Assembly (NCBI GenBank): GCA_039811685.1
Contig: JBDHZC010000001.1
Coordinates: 224,001 to 288,000 of the forward strand
Length of the DNA stretch: 64,000 nt
Direction: 5' to 3'
Source: Armatimonadota bacterium
GTDB lineage: Bacteria > Armatimonadota > UBA5829 > DSUL01
Shown here: in pieces, positions 1 to 9,852 of the stretch
Layout of the letters: each line of letters begins with the position of its first letter
Position numbering within the stretch: position 1 is the first letter of the stretch
The notes under the pieces: model-generated
Databases searched by the model: none
What the model saw: the letters and a program-made list of their open reading frames with translations, nothing else
Told to the model about the DNA's origin: nothing
Position numbers and translations under genes: made by a program

Positions 1-136
1 GGGAATGACAAGCCTCACCAGCGTGACCGATGACTGGAAACCGATATTCCCGCAGCATACAAATGAAACTGTGATGAAGGGGGCTGCACACGGGGAGCCA
101 AATTCAGCCTGCTGAGCTTCAGCAGTTCTCGCTTAT

Positions 137-180
137 CACAAGACCTCGGGGTATGACTCCTCAGGGTCTTGTGCCTTTTT
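137..180 (+). terminator. Putative intrinsic terminator
   Basis: CACAAGACC (137-145) pairs with GGTCTTGTG (165-173), followed by CCTTTTT. It lies just after an open frame ending at TGA 113-115. Confidence 0.45.
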
Positions 181-437
181 AGGACCCTGTGCAGCCTCTC
201 TACTGCAGCTCGCTGGCGATTCGTATCCGTACACGCTGAAGGGCTCCGATGGGAGGCTCGGAGCCCTTCGGCGGGAGAGGGGACAAGAGCGTTCGCCCAC
301 ATGTCGCTCTTGTCCCGCCGGATGCCGGACGGTCTGGGAAGCTCGCCCGTGGCGTGTCTCACGTGTGTGATGCGGAAAGAGTTACCAGGTTGTTATATGA
401 CTGACTGATACCGCGTCTGGGCGACAAATGCGCCTGA

Positions 438-632
438 TCAGTCAACGGGCTGAATGTTGGAGATTTTGTCCAGATTCAGCTCCTCGCTGTCGCTGACAAG
501 GTAGGCCCCGTAGAACGGAACGAAGAGAAGATCTTTCACTGTGAGTTCAGCGGTCTGCTGCGCGCCCGTCCGGTCTGTCCAGGTGACGCTACAGTTGCGC
601 CCAATGAATTGTCTGGCTTGTGTCAGTTGCAT
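438..632 (-). CDS. Small hypothetical protein (64 aa)
   Basis: The C-terminal part of ORF 438..803 from ATG 632 (MQLTQARQFIGRNCSVTW...) looks like a compact beta-rich protein; the upstream extension looks non-coding. Confidence 0.6.
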   Translation of the reverse strand: MQLTQARQFIGRNCSVTWTDRTGAQQTAELTVKDLLFVPFYGAYLVSDSEELNLDKISNIQPVD

Positions 633-1196
633 GGCAGGTTCCCCAGAGCCTTCGGCTGATCCGGCAGCGGCTTGTCCCGATATATAGCGGACATCGCGCG
701 ATTGGCCGATGTGGGCGGCCCTAACCCGGCGTAACATGTCCTTCAACTGGCGCTGAAAGGAGAGGGCCAGGCTCCCGGTAGTGTCCATTCCGTGCTGAGA
801 CACACGCCCTCAAGGTGGCTGGGTCAGGGCGAGGCCTTGGCCAGCAGCGCTATGGGTTACCGAGAGCCTGGTTATGCTAGAGGTCAGAGAAGAGGAGGAG
901 GTTCGAGGGTTGTTTGTGAGGTTCGTGGTATTTCCCGCGCGTGCTTCGGGAAGCTGGTCCCGCGCTTGAGTTGGCTGTGGGAGCCGGCAAGCCCGGGCAT
1001 AAATCCTTGAACATTCTCTCTGATTACAGATGGCCCGCTTTGTCTCGGCCGGGGCCGGAAGCCTGTTCAGTTGTTCACTTATGTTTTGCCACCACACCTG
1101 CAGGGTGTGTACTGGAAGGAGTACGGGCTTTTATCGAGTCCCTGCTTTGCGCTCTCGGATTTGGCCGTTTGCCTGCAGACAAGCCATAATCCCTCT

Positions 1197-2015
1197 GTGG
1201 ATTCTGAGGTCGCGTCGGACAGGTTCGTGGGTGTGGTGCTGGCCGCTGGCCGCGGTTCGCGGATGGCTTCGGACACACCGAAAGTCCTGCTGCCGGTGGC
1301 GGGGCGCCCGCTTGTTGAGTGGGTGCTGGACTGTCTTTCGGGAGCGGGCGTCAGGGATATCTGTGTCGTTGTGCCGCAAGACTCCGTTGAGATCAGAGCG
1401 GTGCTCGGTAGCCGGGTTGAGTATGCGGTTCAGGCGGAGCCCACGGGCACCGCAGATGCTGCCCGTTGTGCGCTGCGTGTTCTGGATCCGCAGACGGAGC
1501 ATATTGTGCTGGCCTGTGGAGACAGCCCGCTCTTTCTGCCCGCTACGGTCGCTGCGCTTGAAGAAGAACATCTTCGAGCCGGCGCCGCGGTCACGCTGAC
1601 CTCTGCGATACTCGATAATCCGACTGGCTACGGGCGGATTGTGCGCTCTAACGACGGAGTGATTGTCAGGGTATGTGAGGAGAAGCAGGCAGGGCAAAGC
1701 GAGCGAAAGCTCAAAGAAGTCAATGGTGGGTTGTACGCCTTCGAAGTTGCCTGGCTGCGCGCTCAACTGGAAGAGCGCCTGGGACCTGAGCGTATCCAAG
1801 GTGCGTCTTCCTGTTCGGACGTCCAGAGTGTTTCCGAGTTTGTCCTCACCAGAGTCGTTGAGATGGCCGTCCCTGGTCAGCGCGCAGTTGCCAGCGTTTC
1901 TTGCGATCCGGAAGAGATCGGAGGCGTAAACACGCCGGAAGAGTTGGCGCGGGCAGAGCGGACACTGGCAGTTAGACAGTCTGCAGATCAGGCAGCGCAG
2001 AAAGGACGCGGATAA
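1197..2015 (+). CDS. GlmU-like NTP transferase (uridyltransferase domain only)
   Basis: VVLAAGRGSRM...PKVL, Q..PTGTADA, GDSPL, GYGRIVR, EVNGGLY and GVNT motifs; no hexapeptide-repeat acetyltransferase domain. GTG 1197 chosen as start. Confidence 0.85.
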   Translation: MDSEVASDRFVGVVLAAGRGSRMASDTPKVLLPVAGRPLVEWVLDCLSGAGVRDICVVVPQDSVEIRAVLGSRVEYAVQAEPTGTADAARCALRVLDPQTEHIVLACGDSPLFLPATVAALEEEHLRAGAAVTLTSAILDNPTGYGRIVRSNDGVIVRVCEEKQAGQSERKLKEVNGGLYAFEVAWLRAQLEERLGPERIQGASSCSDVQSVSEFVLTRVVEMAVPGQRAVASVSCDPEEIGGVNTPEELARAERTLAVRQSADQAAQKGRG

Positions 2016-2021
2016 TTGGCA

Positions 2022-2423
2022 ATGGATGAGCTTGACCCGCAAGACTTGGAAGAAGTGGAGAGGGTAGCGCGCGAATATAGCGCCGCTTTTCGGGCGGCTG
2101 ACCCACAGAGGGCCGTGAATCTTAGCATTTTGCCGGTTGTAGATTGCGTGGACGTTGGGACGCGGTGCGGGGTCTACGTGATGGATCAGACGGAGTTCGA
2201 GGAACACGTCCGGGAGCACAAGAACGAGAACTTCCACACAGACGTAAAGAACATTGTTATCGAGTCTCTCGGGAAGAATGCCGCTCTGGCGCGTGTACAA
2301 GCAAGCATCAGTCTGCAAAGCGGAGACTCAGCCGACGTGGAATGGGTGGAGTTTCTGGCGCGCACGCACGACGGCTGGAAGGTGTGGGCGAACTGGCTGG
2401 GTCCATATCCGCGAGAACTCTAG
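2022..2423 (+). CDS. NTF2/SnoaL-like fold protein
   Basis: Size, N-terminal helix (EEVERVAREYSAAF...D) and C-terminal ...DGWKV strand are typical of NTF2-like proteins; in operon position. Confidence 0.6.
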   Translation: MDELDPQDLEEVERVAREYSAAFRAADPQRAVNLSILPVVDCVDVGTRCGVYVMDQTEFEEHVREHKNENFHTDVKNIVIESLGKNAALARVQASISLQSGDSADVEWVEFLARTHDGWKVWANWLGPYPREL

Positions 2424-2521
2424 CACCCTTGGTTGGCGGGCGACTGCGGCTTCAACAGATTACCCGAGTATAGAATGGCGGCCTTGTTTCACGAGGGCTG
2501 GGCCGCATAGATTGGATACGG

Positions 2522-3289
2522 ATGGAGCGACAACAGATTTCCGATGCGTTGGTCTCGATGTCCCTGGAGATAGGACGTCCTGAGAACGACTATGTCATCC
2601 TGGGAGAGGGCAACACCAGCGCCCGCCTGAGTGACGCGAGCTTTGCAGTGAAAGCCAGTGGGAAGCCGCTGCTTACTGCCTCCAGTGGCTCTTTTGTTGA
2701 AGTCTATTTTGAGCCTGTGCTCAGAATGTTGGAGCTGGCAAGCGCCACTGACGAGGAGGTCAAGACCCTCCTGCAGCAAGCGAGAGTGGACCAGACCAAC
2801 GATCTGCGCCCGAGCGTGGAGACGGTGCTTCATGCCTCATTGCTCAGCCTGCCTGGCGTCAATTACGTCGGGCATACCCATGCGACAGCAGTCAATGCGG
2901 TACTGTGCAGTAAGGGTTGGAAGGAAGCGATTTCCGGACGACTGTTTCCGGATGAAATCGTCTCGTGCGGAATTGCGCCGGTGGCTGTGGAGTATGTGGA
3001 CCCCGGATTGCCTCTGGCCAAGGAATTGCACCGGCGCGTCAATGACTACGCCTCCGCCGTGGGAGCTGCGCCAAAAGTGGTGTTGATGCAGAACCACGGC
3101 ATCATCGCGCTTGGGGCCAGTCCGGACGAAGTCCTCGGCATAACGGCGATGTCCGTGAAGGCCTTTCGCATACTGGCTGGCACGTCGCAGTTTGGAGGTC
3201 CCAACTTCTTAAGCGAAGAGAATGTTCTGCGCATCAGCTCGCGACCTGATGAGCTTTATCGTATGAAAATGATTCGCGGCACTGCGTAA
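2522..3289 (+). CDS. Class II aldolase/adducin family protein
   Basis: GEGNTS, VKASG, RPSVETVLH, HTH and LMQNHG metal-binding motifs. Confidence 0.9.
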   Translation: MERQQISDALVSMSLEIGRPENDYVILGEGNTSARLSDASFAVKASGKPLLTASSGSFVEVYFEPVLRMLELASATDEEVKTLLQQARVDQTNDLRPSVETVLHASLLSLPGVNYVGHTHATAVNAVLCSKGWKEAISGRLFPDEIVSCGIAPVAVEYVDPGLPLAKELHRRVNDYASAVGAAPKVVLMQNHGIIALGASPDEVLGITAMSVKAFRILAGTSQFGGPNFLSEENVLRISSRPDELYRMKMIRGTA

Positions 3290-3350
3290 GCCTGTGATCA
3301 AGATGGTTGTGTCACTGCAGACAGAGTTTCGGATGTAAGAGGTACAGAAT

Positions 3351-5930
3351 ATGTCAGATGTATTGGAGCAGTACAGGAAAGCCCACGCGCCTTTACCTGC
3401 TGAGAATCTTCGGTGGGAGATGTACGGAGCTGGCCTGGAGAACTTCGGAAAGAACGGCATGCCGATCCATCAGGCGGTTCCAAGCCCTGGCCCTGACGAG
3501 CTCCTTTTGCGAACCGACGCGGTTGGTATCTGCTTCAGTGACGTCAAGCTGACCTCACTCGGCCCCGAGCATCCGCGCATAACGGGGCGCGATCTTGTCA
3601 AAGACCCTGTCGTACCCGGGCATGAGGTTTCCGCGACAGTCGTGGAAGTCGGAGCGAATCTGCGTGAGCGCTTCAAGGTGGGCGAACGCTACATCGTGCA
3701 GGCAGATGTCTTCTACAAAGGCACGAGTATGGCCTACGGTTATGTTCTTCCGGGCGCCATGCAACAATATGGACTTGTCGGTCCTGAGGTGCTGCAGGGC
3801 GATGATGGGTGTTATCTGCTGCCCATCAAAGAGGAAACAGGCTACCTGCAGGCGGCTCTTGCCGAGCCTTGGGCGTGCGTTGTAGCCGCCTACCGGATTC
3901 AGCCGCGCACACACATGAAAAAAGGCGGAACGGCCTGGTTTTATGCGACTGGCAATGCGCAGACTGAACAGATAGCGTTGGGCGATACGCTAGTTGACGA
4001 CACTCTTCCCGCTAAAATTCTGACCACAAATGTAAGTGCCTCTCTGAGTGAGAAAATACAGGCCGCCAGCAAACCCACTTCCACCGCCCTCATCCAGCGT
4101 GACCAGGTTAGAGCGGAGGAGTTTGCCACAGTCTCTGATGAGACCACCGGTGGGGTGGGGTTCGACGACATTGTGGTTCTGGGGGCGCCTACTACTGACG
4201 AAGCACGTGAGCTGGCGAAGGTACTGGCTCCGGGTGGAGTGATGAATATTGTTGCTGGCAAAGGCATCGGCGGAGATGTGGAGATTGACATCGGCCGAGT
4301 CCACTACGACCGCCTGACATTCGCTGGAACCTCTAGTCCAGATGTGTCCGCAGGGTATCGGATGCCACGCACTACTGAGCTAAAGCGGGGAGGAGCCACT
4401 TGGTTCATCGGCGCCGCAGGGCCCATGGGGCAGATGCACGTGCAGCGCGCTGTCGAACTAGACTCTCCGCCTGCTAAAATTCTCTGCACAGATATTGACG
4501 ACGAACGTATTGAGATGCTCCGCTTGCGCGTTGACAATATCGCGAAGCAGCGCGGCATCGAGATGCGTTTTGTCAACCCAACCAAACTCCAACCGGGAGA
4601 ACAGGAGCGAATCATCAGTGAGATGACCGATGACAGAGGATTCGACGACGTCGTTTCACTCGTACCTGTCGCCGCTTTGATTGCTCAAGCCGCGCAGCAT
4701 ATCGCATCTGAGGGAGTTTTCAACATTTTCGCTGGTGTGCCTCGTGGCACCAAGGCCATACTGCCAATTTCCGACTGTTATGTGCGCAACATCCGCTATG
4801 TCGGATCAAGCGGATCCCGGCTTTCTGATCTGGAGGACACTCTGCGCCTCAGCGAAGCCGGGCAGCTAGGCACTGCCGCCTCGGCGGCTGCAATTGGCGG
4901 AATGAATGCGATGCGAGAGGGTATAGCGGCCGTCAAGGAAGGGCGCTTTCCGGGCAAGACCGTTATCTTCCCCCAGTTTCCCGACTTCCCGCTCACGCCG
5001 ATTACTGATCTTAAAGACAAGTTGCCGACTGTCTATCAGAAATTGCGCGACGGATTGTTCTGGACGAAGGAAGCCGAAGAAGAGTTTTTCCGAGTCATGC
5101 TGAGCGCAGGGTCTTTGGAGGGTGAGAAGAGCCGCCCAAAACCGAAACGCCTTCTCGGTAAAGTCGCGCTGGTCACAGGCGCCGCTCAGGGACTTGGGCA
5201 GGCGCTGGCCGCAAGGCTCGCTCGTGAAGGCGCCAGTGTTGTTGTTGTGGATCTGAACCTGGATGGCGCGAAGGCGACTGCTGAGGAGATAGGAACTGAG
5301 TCCAGCGTCGAAACGATGGCCGTGGGTCTCGATATTACGCGGGAGGAAGATGTCGCGGCTTCCATCAGCCAGGTTGTGGCGCGCTTTGGCCGCTTGGACA
5401 TTCTGGTAGCCAACGCCGGCATTCTGTTTGCGGGCGCCATTGAAGACTTTGATGTAGCCAGGTGGCGAAAAGTGATTGAAGTGAACTTGGTTGGCTATAT
5501 GATCACTGCCAAGCAGGCGGCAATTCAGATGATCGCTCAGAAGTCTGGAACGATCATCCAGATCAACTCGAAGTCTGGTAAGAAGGGATCGTTTCGCAAC
5601 AGCGCATACGCGGCCAGTAAGTTCGGGGGTATCGGGCTTACTCAGAGCCTTGCGCTTGAGCTGGCTCCGCACGGAATTCGAGTCAATGCCGTGTGTCCCG
5701 GCAATCTGTTGGACTCACCGCTCTGGGTGGACAGCCTTTACGAACAGTACGCCAAAACACAGGGTATCTCCAAAGAGGAGGTGCGGAAAAAGTACGAGGG
5801 GCAGGTGCCTCTGGGGCGAGGGTGCTCCTATGATGACGTTGCAAACGTGGTGGTGTTTCTGGCAAGCGAGGAGGCCGGCTACATGACGGGTCAGGCGATC
5901 AACGTCACGGGCGGCCAACAAATGGACTGA
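3351..5930 (+). CDS. Fusion of an MDR oxidoreductase (L-sorbose-1-phosphate reductase-like) and a sorbitol-6-phosphate 2-dehydrogenase-like SDR
   Basis: N-terminus: GICFSD, GHE, AEPWAC, GAAGPMG. C-terminus: TGAAQGLG, ANAG, INSKSGKKGS, YAASKFGG, PGNLLDSPLW (SrlD-type). Single 859-aa ORF. Confidence 0.85.
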   Translation: MSDVLEQYRKAHAPLPAENLRWEMYGAGLENFGKNGMPIHQAVPSPGPDELLLRTDAVGICFSDVKLTSLGPEHPRITGRDLVKDPVVPGHEVSATVVEVGANLRERFKVGERYIVQADVFYKGTSMAYGYVLPGAMQQYGLVGPEVLQGDDGCYLLPIKEETGYLQAALAEPWACVVAAYRIQPRTHMKKGGTAWFYATGNAQTEQIALGDTLVDDTLPAKILTTNVSASLSEKIQAASKPTSTALIQRDQVRAEEFATVSDETTGGVGFDDIVVLGAPTTDEARELAKVLAPGGVMNIVAGKGIGGDVEIDIGRVHYDRLTFAGTSSPDVSAGYRMPRTTELKRGGATWFIGAAGPMGQMHVQRAVELDSPPAKILCTDIDDERIEMLRLRVDNIAKQRGIEMRFVNPTKLQPGEQERIISEMTDDRGFDDVVSLVPVAALIAQAAQHIASEGVFNIFAGVPRGTKAILPISDCYVRNIRYVGSSGSRLSDLEDTLRLSEAGQLGTAASAAAIGGMNAMREGIAAVKEGRFPGKTVIFPQFPDFPLTPITDLKDKLPTVYQKLRDGLFWTKEAEEEFFRVMLSAGSLEGEKSRPKPKRLLGKVALVTGAAQGLGQALAARLAREGASVVVVDLNLDGAKATAEEIGTESSVETMAVGLDITREEDVAASISQVVARFGRLDILVANAGILFAGAIEDFDVARWRKVIEVNLVGYMITAKQAAIQMIAQKSGTIIQINSKSGKKGSFRNSAYAASKFGGIGLTQSLALELAPHGIRVNAVCPGNLLDSPLWVDSLYEQYAKTQGISKEEVRKKYEGQVPLGRGCSYDDVANVVVFLASEEAGYMTGQAINVTGGQQMD

Positions 5931-5957
5931 GCCGGCAAGAGCGATTTAGTTCAAATG

Positions 5958-6001
5958 AGCAGGAAGCCCGGAATGCGTAATTTCCAGACTTCCTGCTTTT
6001 T
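5958..6001 (+). terminator. Intrinsic terminator between convergent genes
   Basis: AGCAGGAAG (5958-5966) pairs with CTTCCTGCT (5989-5997), followed by a T-run. Confidence 0.7.
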
Positions 6002-6048
6002 GCGTCTATATAGATACCGATCAATTCCAAACAGCAGAAGTTGACGGA

Positions 6049-7287
6049 TCAGTCTGCCGTGTTGACCAGTTCTTCAGAGTTCAAACGTATGGCGCGGTAG
6101 CCGCCTTTGGCGCGGTCTGAGAGATAGACCAGGCCAAATACCACCACGAGCACCGCTGGAAGGATAGCCATAGCTTGCAGCGCTCCAGAAGTGCCCAGTT
6201 TCTGTTGCATTTCTCCCAGAATCGGCTGAGCAAGTCCCGCAGCAGCCATGCCTGCTGCGCCCATCAGCCCCAAAAGAAGAGCCCCGCCCCTCGGGAAGCG
6301 CTCTGATGTGAAGCCGAGCATCGTGGGCCAGTAGTAGCAAATACCCACCGCGAAGACGAACGAAGACAGATATGCCTGAACTGGACTATGCACGCGCGAC
6401 ATCAGCAGCAGTCCAATGCAGGATACGACCGAAGAGGCAATCAGGAGGCCAACCGGCGAAAGCTTGTGGACGAACTTCCCGGCCAGAGAGCGTCCAATCA
6501 GCATAATCAAGCTGATCCATGCAAGGATTAGAATTCCGGACTGAATCCCGCTTCGTTTCATCATTTCGCCAATCCACTGATTGGTGCCAAGCTCTGTTGC
6601 GCCCGTGAACAGCATGCAAAACAGCCAGAGCAGAAATAGCGGTTTGAGGGCTTCGGCGTACATGCCTTTTGTGCTGACGCCAGATTGCACGCGCTCCGTT
6701 TCCGGGAACTTTAGTCTGAAAAGCATGACTCCGTAGATGACGACAGGGATAAGAATTATCCACATTTTGCCCTGCCACGAAGCCCCAAACTTGCCGAACG
6801 CCCATGCCAGAGCGCTTCCGATAACCAGGCCTCCCGGCCACCACGCGTGCAATGCGTTCAATTTCTCTGTCTTGCGATCAGGGTAGATCGTGGCAACCAG
6901 TGGATTCGTTGCGCCCTCTACAAACCCATTTCCGACCCCGATGATGAGCGTCGCGGCAAGAAGAAACGTGTAGCTGGTTGAATAGATGGTGAGAACAGTT
7001 CCCAGCACCTGACCGATGAAAGCCAGAACCAGCATGGCCTTCGTGCCAATGTAGTCGAGAAGTTGTCCTCCGATGAAGATCGAGATCAAGAAACCCCATA
7101 GAGCAATAGTGCTTACCCAGCCAACCTCTACGTCGCTGAGGTCAAACGATGTCTTCAGGTCACCCAGTATATCTCCACGAACTGAAAAAACGAGTGCTGT
7201 TGCAATGATTGCAATGCAGCTCGTAACGAACATCATTTGCCTATTGCCGCTGTGGCCTGCAACGTCGCCAGCCATACTTGGAGTCAA
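6049..7287 (-). CDS. MFS transporter
   Basis: About 12 hydrophobic segments, motif A-like GQLLDYIGTK, and NPLVATIYP...LNALHAWWPGG. Confidence 0.9.
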   Translation of the reverse strand: MTPSMAGDVAGHSGNRQMMFVTSCIAIIATALVFSVRGDILGDLKTSFDLSDVEVGWVSTIALWGFLISIFIGGQLLDYIGTKAMLVLAFIGQVLGTVLTIYSTSYTFLLAATLIIGVGNGFVEGATNPLVATIYPDRKTEKLNALHAWWPGGLVIGSALAWAFGKFGASWQGKMWIILIPVVIYGVMLFRLKFPETERVQSGVSTKGMYAEALKPLFLLWLFCMLFTGATELGTNQWIGEMMKRSGIQSGILILAWISLIMLIGRSLAGKFVHKLSPVGLLIASSVVSCIGLLLMSRVHSPVQAYLSSFVFAVGICYYWPTMLGFTSERFPRGGALLLGLMGAAGMAAAGLAQPILGEMQQKLGTSGALQAMAILPAVLVVVFGLVYLSDRAKGGYRAIRLNSEELVNTAD

Positions 7288-7443
7288 TTCACTCCCTCCT
7301 TCCCTGATGGAACTATTGGCAGGCCCTTACGGACTGTCCTCTGTGGTGAGCGGACCTGCCGATACCTGAGAGCATTGTGCGACAAGCCGCTCGCCTTTTC
7401 CTGCACAGACTATTCTTTTCGCGCTCGCATTCCGGGCCGCAGG

Positions 7444-7977
7444 TTAACGCCCGTCGATCAAGCCCTTCTGGCTAAGGTAATCCAATATCTTCTGTGTGGA
7501 CTCTTCAGCGCTCTCCTGATCGGTCCGGACGCGCACCTCTGGAGCTTCCGGGGCTTCGTAAGGATCCGATACACCTGTGAAGTTTTGAATCTCGCCTGCA
7601 AGAGCCTTCTTGTAAAGTCCTTTTACGTCACGCTCGATCAGGGTTTCCAGTGGACACTCTGTATAGACTTCTACAAATCTGTCTGTATTACGGCGGACTT
7701 CATTGCGAATGTCGGAGTAGGGGGAGATCGCCGCCGCAATAGCTATCACGCCGTTGCGGGCGAGCAGATCCGCAACGAATCCAATCCGGCGGATATTTGT
7801 GTCCCGATCTTCTTTGGAGAATCCCAGCCCTTTTGAAAGGTGAGTTCGGACGACGTCGCCGTCAAGCAGCTCGCTTCTGTATCCGCGTCTTCTGAACTCC
7901 GCAAGCAGTCCTTCACTTAGCGTTGACTTCCCGGACCCGGACAGTCCCGTGAACCAGAGTATGAATCCCTCGTGCAT
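7444..7977 (-). CDS. cysC: Adenylyl-sulfate kinase
   Basis: [39 protein letters not shown] and [11 protein letters not shown]. Confidence 0.97.
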   Translation of the reverse strand: MHEGFILWFTGLSGSGKSTLSEGLLAEFRRRGYRSELLDGDVVRTHLSKGLGFSKEDRDTNIRRIGFVADLLARNGVIAIAAAISPYSDIRNEVRRNTDRFVEVYTECPLETLIERDVKGLYKKALAGEIQNFTGVSDPYEAPEAPEVRVRTDQESAEESTQKILDYLSQKGLIDGR

Positions 7978-8172
7978 TGCGCGTGCAACTCCTGAACATG
8001 TTGGTATATTGACGATGGAGCTATTCTATCGGGACTCTGCTGGTGCATCAAGTGTCCTTCGTTGAAACTTCCAGCTCCGTTGACAGACAGAGTCCCTGCG
8101 AACACAATACCGTCAGCTTCACAGAGACGCGTTGCGGCAAGGTGGAGCACGTTTTGAGGAGATACTTTCGCT

Positions 8173-9294
8173 ATGCGTGACCCAAGATTCCGTAAGCTTG
8201 CCGATCTACTGGTTGACTATTCCACCCGCGTCACCAAGGGCGAGAAAGTTCTCATTGAGGCCTCATCCATACCCTCCGAGATGGTAGGAACATTGATAGA
8301 GAAAGTGAGCGAAAACGGCGGCCTGCCATTTGTTGAGATCAAAGATCAGCGCGTGCAACGCAGTCTCTATCTCAGCGCAACTGAAGAACAGATGAAGTTG
8401 CTCGGAGGCTTTGAAATGGTGCGCATGAAGGCGATGGACGTCTACATTGGCGTTCGCGGTCTTGACAATTCCACGGAAACTGCGGACGTCCCGCAGGACC
8501 GTATGCGAATCTATCTGGACCACGTCGCCCATCCAGTTCATTTTGAAGAGCGGGTCAATAATACGAAATGGTGCGTCCTGCGCTGGCCGACTCCTTCGAT
8601 GGCGCAAGCAGCCGGTATGTCCACCGAAGCGTTTGAAGACTTCTATTTCGAGGTCTGTACGATGGATTATGCAAAGATGGCCCAGGCTCAAAAGCCGCTC
8701 AAAACTCGCCTGGAGAATTGCCGGGAAGTGCGCATAAGCGGTCCGGGAGACACCGATATCAGCTTTCGAATTGATGACATCCCGGTTATTCCCTGCGTGG
8801 GTGAATACAACATTCCAGACGGAGAGACATTCACGGCGCCGGTCAAAGACAGCGTAAACGGCGTGATTCACTTCAATACGCCGACGATCTACCAGGGGCA
8901 GCCTTTCGATGATATTCAGTTGGTCTTCAAAGACGGGAAGTGTGTTGAGGCCACGGGATCAGACACGGAGGGAGTAAACCGCATTCTGGATACGGACGAG
9001 GGCGCTCGCTATGTCGGGGAGTTTTCGATCGCCTACAATCCCCACATTCGAAAAGCCATGCGGGACATCCTGTTTGACGAGAAGATCGCAGGCTCTATTC
9101 ATTTCACCCCCGGGCAAGCTTACGAAATGGCGGACAATGGGAATCGCTCTAACGTACACTGGGATATGGTACTCATACAGCGCTCTGACACGGGTGGGGG
9201 TGAGTTGTACTTCGACGGTGAACTCGTGCGCAAAGACGGTCTGTTTATAACAGACGATTTACAGGCGCTCAATCCTGAGCAGTTGCTCTCCTAG
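8173..9294 (+). CDS. Aminopeptidase, M29 (AmpS/PepS) family
   Basis: NIPDGETFTAP, GARYVGEF, LFDEKIAGSIH and SNVHWDMV. Confidence 0.93.
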   Translation: MRDPRFRKLADLLVDYSTRVTKGEKVLIEASSIPSEMVGTLIEKVSENGGLPFVEIKDQRVQRSLYLSATEEQMKLLGGFEMVRMKAMDVYIGVRGLDNSTETADVPQDRMRIYLDHVAHPVHFEERVNNTKWCVLRWPTPSMAQAAGMSTEAFEDFYFEVCTMDYAKMAQAQKPLKTRLENCREVRISGPGDTDISFRIDDIPVIPCVGEYNIPDGETFTAPVKDSVNGVIHFNTPTIYQGQPFDDIQLVFKDGKCVEATGSDTEGVNRILDTDEGARYVGEFSIAYNPHIRKAMRDILFDEKIAGSIHFTPGQAYEMADNGNRSNVHWDMVLIQRSDTGGGELYFDGELVRKDGLFITDDLQALNPEQLLS

Positions 9295-9378
9295 ACGATC
9301 GCAGCGCACAGGCGGATGCCTGCTCCACTTGTGATTATCGCACGCGTTTAATGACCTGGAATTGCCTGGCGCTACGAG

Positions 9379-9852
9379 CTAATCGTCGTTGGCATCGGGT
9401 CGTTCGAGCACAATTGCGAACTGATTGCCGTAGTCTTTCGGGTCTAATACGTGGATAATGTTAGGTAGCCTTCCCAACAGTAAGAACCCAATGAGAGTTC
9501 CAATCGAACCGAACAAGACTGCTAGCTCGAAAGCGATTACGCAGTAGGCCAGAAAAGAAATCGGCGGTTTTCCGCCAACCACAAGTCCCGCCGCTTGCCC
9601 CACAACTTCGATAATCGGGAATCGCTGAGATGTAAAAACCGTCAGCCAGAAAGCGGTCAGAATGCCAGCGATGGCTCCCACCATGCTGTAGACTCTGACC
9701 AGCGTTGCTGGCTCACGCAATACGTCGTCAATCCCATGCACGGGAAGCGGCGTGTAAGTGGTGATTCGGTCCCCCGGTTGGCGCGCGTTAACGACCTCCT
9801 CCAGCTTTTCCATAAACGAGTGTTCGTCGCTCAGAAGATATTCCTGTGTCAA
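9379..9852 (-). CDS. actD: Alternative complex III subunit ActD (DUF3341-like)
   Basis: YTPLPVHGID, GGKP and AFELAVLF; two TM helices; follows actC. Confidence 0.85.
   Translation of the reverse strand: MTQEYLLSDEHSFMEKLEEVVNARQPGDRITTYTPLPVHGIDDVLREPATLVRVYSMVGAIAGILTAFWLTVFTSQRFPIIEVVGQAAGLVVGGKPPISFLAYCVIAFELAVLFGSIGTLIGFLLLGRLPNIIHVLDPKDYGNQFAIVLERPDANDD

Noticed and set aside
2..115. Open frame at the window start (GMTSLTSV...PNSAC*)
   Set aside because: May be the 3' end of an upstream gene but is too short to support a call.
633..1070. Possible c-di-GMP-I riboswitch (GGGTTACCGA) and short ORFs
   Set aside because: The GCAAA/GAAA core elements are missing and the ORFs have no recognisable features.
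1131..2318. 395-aa minus-strand ORF
   Set aside because: Antisense shadow of the glmU-like and NTF2-like genes; no motifs.
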